Assembly (NCBI GenBank): GCA_903813345.2
Contig: CAIIXF020000001.1
Coordinates: forward strand, 14,694,001 to 14,758,000
Source: Owenia fusiformis
Taxonomy: Eukaryota
Length of the DNA: 64,000 nucleotides
Direction: 5' to 3'
The notes below the pieces were generated by a model that saw nothing but the letters and a program-made list of their open reading frames with translations, searched no databases and had not been told where the DNA came from. The position numbers and the translations under genes were made by a program. This document shows, piece by piece, positions 34,258-44,886 of this stretch. How positions within the stretch are numbered: the stretch's first letter is position 1; every line of letters starts with the position of its first letter.

Positions 34258-37200
34258 TCATATTTCATTTTCATTTGGCATTATACAGTTGGATGATGAC
34301 ACAGATTGGTCTGATCCATTGAGAGTGTTTTCCAAGTCATCCTGTGTGAAATTTTGTATGTCAAATTGTCCAGTCTCTTCTCCTAAAGCAACCATCCCAT
34401 CCTGTATAACATCTAGGTGATCCAAGCTCACTCTAAAATCACTAAAATTTGACCCATTGCTGGATAATGGTGATGTGTCAAGATGGTGTGGCTGTGTCTC
34501 TGATAAAGGAGATGTGTCAATGATGAGATTTCTACTAAAATCAGGTTGGTTCATAGCGAGAGATGTTATATCATTAAGATGGGTTCCACTCAGAGGTGAC
34601 CTAGCAAATCCTGTTTGTCCTGATTTGATGAGTGGTGTGTTATAGGTGAACACAGTCTGAGCTCCTTTGACTGGAGATGTATCATATGGCTCTAGAATCA
34701 CCTCTGCATTCTCATTACTTGGGAATTCATTGACAGACATATGAATATGAGACTCTGATGCACTAGAGGTATCACTGTGAATATCTAACTGATCAATATT
34801 TGGTAGATTCGGTTCAAAGCTTGGCACATGTACATTTTGGCTGTCAGTTGTTTCACATGTATGCTGTGGACTATGGTTGTTTTCAGCTGCTACAGCTTGG
34901 AGGTGAACAGTGCTACCAGTGGATGTTGTCTCACCTTCTTCCTCAACTTCGCAGCAGTTGTGCATCAAATCAGGATTACGTGAGCAGAACCTGGGGGTAA
35001 GAAATGTATTTTTTAATAATCCATTTATTCAGTTGAAATTTAGATTAAAATAAAAGCTCTGCAAGTCCAATGCAATACCTTGATAAAACTTTGTTTCTCT
35101 TATTTCCTCTTTCTGTTTTAATCTAGAAACTTACAGTAGCTTATAAAACATGCAAAATGTCCACACCTGTCAATTGTTACAGTTGCCGACCACTGAACAC
35201 CAACTACCAAAAGCTGAACACTAACCGCCATAGGCCTAGGTTAACTACTGTAGTAATCCATACATAAAATTCATACATATGTATGGATTGCTACAGTACT
35301 TAACCTGGGCCTATGCTAACTGCCGAATACCATCCACCCGTGGTGATGACATAAAATGATAACTATAAAGGCATTTAAAGATTGGATGGATTTTCGCTAT
35401 CAATATCGTTCTTCCAACTCAAAGGTTTTACTATTGTCATAACATCATTGTAATAACTTCAGAGCTTCCAATATTGCAACTACAATTTCTCTAACTTCTA
35501 ACATTGTTTAAATTTTTTCAACACATCAGCTCAGGCAACAGGTTAATTGCATAACAATATTTCATACCATTTGTCTGGAAGCTCTGATGTATTGACTCCA
35601 GGGGGCAACTTCCTCCACTTATTGCAGAGATCACATTGCACCCAGTTACTGTGGAACACTAAGATGGGGTACCTCTGACGGAAGGCACTGTGCCCAGCTT
35701 GGTAGTGATGGGAATGGGTCTTGCGACGTTTGTAAGAGCGAGTGAGCTTTGGAAGCTGAAAAACAAATGACATTATTTTAATGCATGAAAATATTTTTGC
35801 ATGATGACCTTGAACAGTTGAAAGTATGATTTCTGTACAAAATTTAATTTTGATCAATACATGAATGACAATACAGTTTCAGTATCAACTGCATGAGATG
35901 ATCATAATAGAGATGCATTAACAAAATATTTGATAGTTTTATCAACAACAAAAAGTATTGCTGCAAGAATCTAATTGGGATACAATATACAAACATTAAT
36001 AACCTAATTGGTAATGCCACATAATTTTGAAGCATTAAAAAATCATCTTTTGTGATAAGTAGGAAAAAAGAATTAAACTTAAACCTTGCGCTTGAGTTTG
36101 GCTCTAGGTCTAAGTCGACTGGGCATTGGCTCTATGAGGTCAGCTTTTAGCTTCTTTCTTACACCTCCATACTTCCAGTCTGGATTTTCCCGTCTTCTTT
36201 CAGCCATCTCTTCTATGAACTCCTCTCTGAAGATATGAATTACATCAAATTATGGTTAGAACTTTGTTCCATACCTGGTTATGATGAGCTTATTGGTTCA
36301 TCTTGCAGGTTGATATAAGGAGACAATTTGACTTTAAGCCACTACAAAATGTTTTCAGAACAAAATTATTTTTACATCATCAGTCATGTCTGTATGAGTG
36401 GTTTTATTTTTTGATCATATTCCTTTTAAATCTTACTCAAATGGTCTCTTCTCTTTGTCAGATAACTTTCTCCACTTGGATCCCAATATTCTGGATATTT
36501 CTCTGTTATCCAAGTTTGGGTGCTCTGTGGCAATGTCTTTGCGGAACTTGATAGAGAATCTAATGAAGCCATTCTTGGGTCGTTTAGGATCAACTGTTTG
36601 GAATAAACAGAAAAAGTGTCAAAAAGCAATGACAATGGACAACGAATATTGTCATGAAGTATTAAGCAGTAGTTTGATTCACTTCCATATTCAGATATTA
36701 GTTCTTTAAAGTTGAATTTTCTTGTCAACATCACAAAATATACAAATTGAAATAATTCAATTTCCATATTTCAATTACATGTACTGTATTTACAAACAAT
36801 CCATTTTTCAAATTTTTTAAAGCTACACTAATCTTTGAATATGAGCATAAGTGTTCATAGTATAAAGGATGATTGAGATGTTGTACCTTAAGGCCTACCT
36901 GTGTCTGAAGCATATTCTAGAGGGGAATGTGTGATAATGGGATGGTTCCAATGTCCCATCAAGGCTTGCTTGATCTGTTCTTGTACTACATTGATGAAGT
37001 TTGCAGCTTCATCTAACACAGTTTCCTATAAATGAAAGCAGACAGTGAAATCAAAATAAATCTAGAAAGGTAGGTACTTATCTCAGAACAATACTGATCC
37101 AGCATGTGCACTTTCTTCAGTAAATGAATCACAAATGAATACTAATTGTGCAGCCATTCATAAACTATCATGCAGATTTATGATAAAACTTTCCATCAAC

Positions 37201-38790
37201 TAATAAGCATATTTAATATATTGTATGAATAAATTCTACTTGATGTAATAACTCATTTACCTTTGTTATTGGAGATATGTTTGGTATGTATGGGATATTG
37301 CACCTTGCCTTTGGTACTAATGTATTGCGAAGTCGTGTTATTGCAGATTGACTTTCTATGTCCCTTTCTTCAAGCTGCACCTAAAGACAAAAAAATAAAA
37401 CATTTCTTTGTTAATATCAAATGAAATTGATCTTCCAAGATGCCTAAAAATTAGGTGACAAATGCAAGAATAAAGTTACAGTATACTTATATGGAAATGA
37501 CCATGAGTCCATGACACATTTATGCTTCATAATCAAACAAAAAAGTTGGTGTCACCAACTTCGTTTAGAAAACATTTTGATCCCTATGTTCAGGAATAAG
37601 AGAGTGGGTGAAAAAGAGACCATCAGATTTTTTAAATTTGCACACTGTAAAGTTAAAAAATTATAATCAATTTTAAGAAAATAAAAATCTTAATCACCAT
37701 CTTCAATTTTTTGTATATTTTGTCTCTATGTATTCACAAAAATGTGATCGGCACCAACAATGATGCATCTGATGCAAGCACAATACAAATGTGTATCACA
37801 TTGTATTAAAAAAAACAATAGTAGATTCCTTCCTTACCTCAGTAGTTTCATTTCCTGTATGTAAGTGGCCAAATTCTTCATCAACAATCACATATGGGTG
37901 ATGCTCAAGTTTGATATTTTGCTCACTCTTTGGATCATATGAATTAGTAGATGCTGCCTCTGCAATAGTTGGAGATGGAAAACTTAAATCTAGAGGACAT
38001 TTAGCTGCTGCTACTGGAGCTGATGCATCCAGTCCACTGTCCTGACTCTCAGTCTGGTCTGCTTGTCTGCCATCAACTGGATCTGTGGGACTATAAGGAC
38101 TGCAGTCCAGTTGGGACAGTTCTTTGAAAAAATCCTCCTCACCAAAATCATCATGCACATCATCTGCTGTAGCTTCTGCCTCTTCTGGCGCTGTTTGAAT
38201 GGGATCTAAAACAAAAGTCTGTAAGCAGTAGATGTTTTCTTTCCACCACCCTCCAAATTTCAGTTCAATACCATTGAAACAGCGACCCCTGAGACGTAAG
38301 AGCAAGTTGTAACAGCTCAGCTGTGGTGGGGTGACTCTTATGGCTCTAGTAGAGCATCACCCCCCCCCCCCCCTCTAACCAAACCAGTCTGACCCATTTT
38401 TTTATTAGTCGAATCTGAAATGCCATAGATCTACAATGTCAAGAGGAGACAGTGGTGGATCCAGGGTAGGGATGCGTGCCCCCCCTCCCTGGGCCAGAAA
38501 GGTTTTAACTTCTTTCAAGTGTGATGAGATGACGGAAATGCAGAATCAGCTCATTCTAGCGAAATGCATGTCATGGACAGAACAGTGGTTGAATTCTACA
38601 ATCCATGCTTTGGGATTTAAAGTTAGTAAAAAGACTGTTACTATTTATTACCAGGTGACTGACATAATGGCCATGAATTTATCTGAACTGCTGACTCAGC
38701 CAGTGACTGACACTGACGCACCTGAAACACATTCTTTAGACCAATGTTTAGACACCTACCGTTTGCGCTTTGCCATTCTGTTTGCTCCAT
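34258..38790 (-). CDS. Putative transcription/chromatin regulator with HLH-like segment, HMG box and CW-type zinc finger (MEIOSIN/BHMG1-like architecture), 8 exons, about 621 aa
   Basis: Exons 38790-38760, 38205-37838, 37380-37261, 37025-36899, 36593-36437, 36226-36085, 35755-35568, 34990-34258. All introns are GT-AG with matching phases (1866 nt). HLH-like: [145 protein letters not shown]. The first exon is the least certain. Confidence 0.85.
35229..35315. repeat. Short near-perfect intronic hairpin
   Basis: cataggcctaggttaactactgtagtaatccatacat / atgtatggattgctacagtacttaacctgggcctatg. Confidence 0.75.
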
Positions 38791-39110
38791 TTTATACTAC
38801 AATGTGTCACAATACTTTATCGCAAACATATTAAAAGGATAAATCCGTGCAACAGCTATAAATAAAGATCATGAGAGGATAGACATGTCTACAGCCAGAA
38901 GGGCAGACGACGCTAAAATATGGGTCATGACAAACAATGTATGTTCTGATATTACACTTTGAGACAAATACACATAATAATCATAATATATTTTGAGAGT
39001 ATAACCTTTTTTATAAACTTTGATAATAGCATCTCTTATAATAGAGACGAAATTGAGATTACGAGAAGTGAAAGAAACTAAACGAGCTAATCTTAGATAC
39101 AGTCTGTCAC

Positions 39111-39138
39111 AATCACGTGACCTGCATTCAAAATGGCG
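39111..39138 (+). promoter_or_regulatory. E-box/CLEAR-like TCACGTGAC plus YY1-like CAAAATGGCG overlapping the TRAPPC5 start, within a divergent promoter
   Basis: aatcacgtgacctgcattcaaaatggcg. The same motif pair recurs at 62107-62138. Confidence 0.45.
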
Positions 39139-42100
39139 TCAACACAGAAAACAAAACCGAGTGTTTTGGATCGTCCTTTGAGCAAGGGCAAATCAGAGGT
39201 ATGCATGGTTTTTACCACTTGTTCTGTTAGTTTTAATTAAACATAGCAACGAAGATTAATTATACTTATTCATTTTTCAGATCAACCTGAGCACGTTTGC
39301 TCTATTGTTCTCTGAAATCGTGCAATATTGTCAAAATAGAGTGGCCACAGTTCCTGAACTCCAAAATAAGTAAGTCATTCATGGAATGTATAGATCACAG
39401 GCACCTAAACAGATAGTAGAATGGACTGAAGTGGCTATTTCCTTGGTACACAGACAGTGAGGGTGGATTTTCTTTTCGGAACATCTACACGTACTACAGC
39501 CCATTTCACTGGAGACCCTATCTGTTGCAAGACTTATGCCTGGCACAACCGTTACTTAGTTTGCACAAAGCTATCTCCTGAGAGATAGCTTTGCATATGT
39601 TGATATTCCCAGTCCTTTATAAAGGTCAAGAGGGGGAGAAACCTCAGGGTTCAAAAAGATGACATTCACTTATAATGTAATCTGTATTGAGATGACATCG
39701 TCGCTGATTGGTTTAGCGAGTCAATCGTTGATTGGTTTAAAACTAGGTCAGTTTGAAAACTTTGAAAACCAGGATGGAGAAGAGGGGGAGAAACCCCAGG
39801 GTCAAAGATGACATATGCTTATAATGTAATTCTGTATTGAGATGACATCGTTGCTGATTGGTTTAGCGAGTCGATCATTGATTGGTTTAAATCTAGGTCA
39901 ATTTAAAAACTTTGAAAACCAAAATGGAGGGTAATTACTTCCGGGAAAGGAGGTGCGCGAAGGAGGAAATCGTATGTCATCAATTGAATCGTGGGGTTTT
40001 ACCTCCTCTTAAGATGGAGGGAAGTATAAATATACATACTTCCGGGAAAGGAGATGCGCGAAGGAGGAAATCGTATGTCATCAATTGAATCATGGGGTTT
40101 TCCCTGCTCTTATAAAGGTCTTTTTTAAAAATGTAAGAAATCTTGGAAACATTTACCCCACTTCAGTCGATGCATAACATTCTAAAGTATCATTTTTCTA
40201 ACCATATCGAGCTAGCTGGAGTCGGGAGACAGGGTAATTGACGAAAAATGTTGAAGAGTTGATAATTTTCAAGATGGCTTCTCAGGAAGTTGGGTATTGC
40301 GCATGCGCTTCCATGCCATGAGATTTCCGCTTCCAGTTACACGTATGCGCATAGGCAAGACTTCCTGGTCAGACATGGAAAATAACAAGTTCCAAATAGA
40401 TTTATCATCAATTATTTTTGTCACTTCCTGTTTTGTCATTTCCTGTTAAGTATCATGGCACCTTAAGCCTGATATGACAGTCAAAATGGTTGCAAGGCCT
40501 GTTATGACTGTGGTAATGTTAGAGCCTGATATGACCGTAACAATGGTTGCAAGGCCTGTCATGACTGTGGTAATGTTAAAGCACAATATGACCATGAAAA
40601 TGGTTATATAATTGATATTTAGTAGCATGAGAATACTGTTATGAAAAATTTCATCGTTTATCTACCTTAAATATGTAAATCTAGACTAGATCTACTACTA
40701 CTACTTTAACTCATAATTCATTTTCACAAACTATAATTCTAATCTCATTCAATAACGTGAACATTGTCACGGCCATATCAGGGTTTAACATTACCACGGT
40801 CATGATGCGCCTTACAACCATTGCCACAGTCATATAAGGCTTTGATATTACCACGGTCATGACAGGCCTTGCATAATTATAGCATTGTCACGGTCATATC
40901 AGGCTTTAACATTACCATGGTCATGACAGGCCTTGCAATATAATATAGCATTGTCACGGTTATACCAGGCTTTCACGATAACAATACCACGGTCATGGCA
41001 GGATCCTTGCGAAACTTAAAAACACTTAATAACATGGTGTCGGTTGTGCCAGGCATAAGTCTTGCAATAGATAGCATGTGTTTCACTGTTTTATTTCGTC
41101 AGTAGATCTAGAACCCCAAAAATAAGAAATCAGGAGACCATTGTGCAATAATACATGGAAAAGTATATTCATATTGTACATGAATGACATTTGTATATTT
41201 CAGATTATTTAGTTTTTAGTGCAATAAGCCAATGCCGTCTTGTAATTTAAAGGATTTCAGCCATGTTTATCTTTTTGAAAATACTATGGCAGAGAAGCAT
41301 CAAAATATAAGAGGCCACATACTTTATTAGCCAAACTAGAAGCAATCCAAGACATACAAATGTCATAATATGAACAAAAGGAATATATTTTTCCATATAT
41401 TATTGCACAATGATTTTTTGATTTCTTTTTTAGGTTTTACTGACGAAATAAAACAATGAAATGGGCTGTAGTATGTTCTGGTGCCTTTGGTTTACAGTAT
41501 GCTATATATTATGCTTATAATTATTATACTTTATGGCTTTCATGACCAATTATGGCAATTATGAAACACTTATTCCCCATTGTGTTATAGGGCCTATATC
41601 AAAATGTACCTGCACGACCACGACCAGTGTCTATGACAGCCCAGTTATAAATCCTTACGAACCTACCGCCCTGACCTTTTCTCAACCAATCAGCGAACTG
41701 GAAGGAACACTCGCTAAATGCATACTCATTAACTATACGATGACATCAGAAGAAATGATCAAACATAGAAATTCATCTGTATTTCGAAGACAAATTCTGA
41801 TTGGCTCAGTGAGCTCAGAGATTTATTGTAAACTGAAGAAGTGAAGACACTGCTCTCTTTTAAGTAAGGAAGTCGAACAAACACAAAGGGCACCTGAACA
41901 CCTCTCCATTCCATCCTTGGCTGCAAGAGTTTTGATATACTGTACTCCCAGTATTTTCCGTGTGCGATTTAGTTTGGCCTAAGGGATCGATTAGGCGAAT
42001 GTTGGTCCATCCATTGAGCCATCCGTTGGTCTGTCTGTTTGTCCGTCTGTCAACATTGGCCGCACAAATTACTGTAAAACTGCTATTGTTTTAAGCCAAA

Positions 42101-44886
42101 TCTACATTCATTCTATGTATATTCATTTACTTATAGCTTATTGTTTAGTATGTTTACAAATGTCTTATTTTATGCATTATTCAGGTTATCAGAGATGGGT
42201 CAGCATGTTGGGGTCAAAATCTTGGACATTATTCTCATTAGGGAGAGAGGCTTCAAGCGAGAAGTGAAACTTTTAAACATGCTTCTATTCATCAAGTCAA
42301 ATGTTTGGAAGGTAAGTTACAAAGAAGTATATAGGACCATCTGGGTCAGTTACTCCTCCAGCCCTTCTCTCAAGAGAACAGTTTGCTTTAAGATATCAGA
42401 TTGACTTTCTGATTTGACTCTCATATATCTCCAAATTCGATCCCAGCTTTATTTCTCTGAAGATGCAAAACAGTTGGATACTAATCCACAGTTTCCACAC
42501 CCATCTTAAAATTGTATGAATCACATTTATTTTTTATTTAAAGTAATAATGCACATGTTATATGGTTTCTATTCTCTAATTTTGTATACAATGAACAAAT
42601 TCAAAATTCACAAGTTGAAATACGAATATATGCCTCAATCATTGGCAAGTACTGTAGATTAGGTTAATTTGGCGCTACTTAATTTGGTGATTTTGCCATT
42701 TTTGGCATATTCGCGGCTATTTAATTTGGCGGATATGAAAAAAAATTTAATTAACTTACGTGTTGTTTGCGAATTACCATGTAAATGGGCATGTTTGGCT
42801 ATATATGTTCATTTTTTCTTTTGAGGACCACTGGCGATATTCACCACATTTGTACATTTTTGTGAGATCATCCTTTACATTAAGCACCTCGATCGATGCT
42901 GCTACTTTACTGCGCTTTTCCTTTTTAGTTTTTGAGTATTAATGAGTGACTGACCAGTTCTGAGGCAATTTATGAGAGACATTTTTTCATATTTTTGGAA
43001 AAAAAACTAAACTGGAAGTGACCTTAATACACTGGACGAAATACCCTAGATAATTCCCGGGGATCATTCTAAATTTTGGCGAAGATTTATATTGGCGAAT
43101 TTTTCAATTTCACAAAATTAAAGCGTGCGCCAAATTAACCCAATCTACAGTACCCAGACATTGGATATAATGGATAATATTTGAGGATATCTGTATTTAT
43201 TTATGAGCATTGCTATACATGTATTTATGTTTGATTTATTTTCAGTCTCTGTTTGGAAAGGAAGCTGACAAACTAGAACATGCAAATGATGATGAAAAGA
43301 CATGTATCTTTTTACAAAAATATTAATACAAATGAGAGATAAATGGAAATAATTTTTGATTTGACAAAACAAATGGGCTTAATATTTGTTGTATTGATTC
43401 ATTAGAGTAGAGGGACTCAATGTATGCCTTCCTTTTACGACAATTAACTACATGGACAACATTGCCTCCTTTGTTCTCTACTAGAATGAAATGACATCTT
43501 TTTAATTTTATTGAATAAAAATCTAAAATGTTCTTTGAAAGCAATACAGCATTCTTTCCACCATTTATCTTTGGGGACAACAAATTGCTAATTTATTGAT
43601 TTACAGTAGATTCAAACATATCACTTCAGTTCATGAAGTTGGAAGAATTTTGATAAGATTTGATATTGACAATCATAAAAATTTCATTTTAAAGGCAACA
43701 GCCAGCATAAGAATGAAGACTGATGATGTTGTATTCCTTGACAAATCTCAGATTACATAATAGAAAAAGAACCTTTAGTGAATAAATTCATATCAGTGCC
43801 TAAGGATAAAAGTAAGTTTTGACAGAATACTTGTATAATGTTTGCATAATTGAAAATAGTATTTATTATGTCACCACCAGAAGTGATGACATTGTTATAG
43901 TCTCCAAATTTTTCTGCATCTGTAACAAATGGCAGGTGGTGACATTTTGCATGTTAATGCCTTGTTATCTATTATTACAACATCATTGTGTAGCAAGAAT
44001 AGATATAGTGTATGTACAGTGTATTAAAAATAGTACAATTCACATAATCTACACCTCCCATCCTGTTTGGAGTAACTTCATCACATTCACATCAATGTGC
44101 AATGTTTTCCTCAACAAAATCTGACCCCTGATAAATAACAATAATTTGTGACATAATTACACATTGATATTTGATCTAAATACTGTAGATTCTATGAAGC
44201 TTCGCCAGTTAGTAGCATAATGAGAGAGTCACAAGAGCTTGATGCAAGACTAGCTATAATAACTTGTCAACTGACATGTTTCTCTCTTCCAGGTAGCCTT
44301 AATTGTGCAGCATTTACAGCTGGTATCATTGAGTCCATTCTTAATGGATGTAATTTTGTAAGTATAATTAAACGAACTAATTGTCAAAGAATTGATTCAT
44401 AGACATTCAAAAGATACTGTATAATCGCACCTAATCTGAAAAATATTTTTATTTCTTTGGCAATGTTAAAATTGTGGCATCCTCCTTTAGTAGATGAGAC
44501 ATAATAATTCTTATTTGTATCTGAAAAATGTCATTAATAATACTAAGATCAAGAGAAAACCCCTTCCTTTATTATGTGTGAACTATGGCTTTGTCAGTTA
44601 TACATTTGCGAGAGACTTTGAAAGGATAAAGACAAAGGGGGCGTGATTATCGCGATGGACAATGTACATGATATTGGAAGCTTATATTCCCAAATTTTTA
44701 TCAAAATTCTATCTAAATTCAGATATATTTGTAAAAATGATTGCTGACAATCAAATGTAATAAAATGAATTATTTCTTTCTTTTTAGCCTGCAAAGGTAA
44801 CAGCTCACTGGCATAAAGGGACAACATTTATGATCAAGTTTGAAGAATCAGTTATTATAAGAGATAAAGCCGTTGAAGGCAGATAA
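39133..44886 (+). CDS. TRAPPC5: Trafficking protein particle complex subunit 5 (Trs31), 7 exons, 187 aa
   Basis: Exons 39133-39198, 39281-39369, 42185-42311, 43246-43303, 43752-43811, 44293-44357, 44788-44886 (564 nt). Motifs: VLDRPLSKGK, FALLFSEIVQYCQNRV, LFGKEADKLE, FISVPKDK, LNCAAFTAGIIE, FPAKVTAHWHKGTT. Confidence 0.97.
39494..41471. mobile_element. TA-flanked MITE whose left TIR is split by a second element
   Basis: taCTACAGCCCATTTCACTG[insert]TTTTATTTCGTCAGTA ... TACTGACGAAATAAAACAATGAAATGGGCTGTAGta. Confidence 0.85.
39512..41080. mobile_element. Non-autonomous DNA element with 8-bp TSD and subterminal inverted repeats (Zisupton-like), copy 1
   Basis: TSD tttcactg at 39504-39511 and 41081-41088. 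Ends GAGACC-CTATCTGTTGCAAGACTTATGCCTGGCACAACCG and CGGTTGTGCCAGGCATAAGTCTTGCAATAGATAG-CATGTG. Contains internal tandem repeats. Confidence 0.85.
42652..43150. mobile_element. TA-flanked MITE
   Basis: taCTGTAGATTAGGTTAATTTGGCGC...GCGCCAAATTAACCCAATCTACAGta. Confidence 0.85.
43304..43751 (+). other. Probable U12-type (minor spliceosome) intron in TRAPPC5
   Basis: 5' site GTATCTTTT; branch-like TTCCTTGAC at 43734-43742 just before the AG; no polypyrimidine tract. Confidence 0.75.

Noticed and set aside
36426-36767. 113-aa minus-strand ORF in the track
   Set aside because: Wrong frame. The real exon (36593-36437) encodes the HMG box in another frame.
38760-38776. ATG at 38776 (MAKRK) as start of the HLH-HMG-CW gene
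   Set aside because: Gives phase 2, which fits no nearby acceptor. ATG 38790 gives phase 1 and fits 38205.
38436-38834. 132-aa plus-strand ORF
   Set aside because: No recognisable domain; begins in a repeat-like CAGTGGTGGATCCAGG remnant and is antisense to the first exon and intron of the minus-strand gene.
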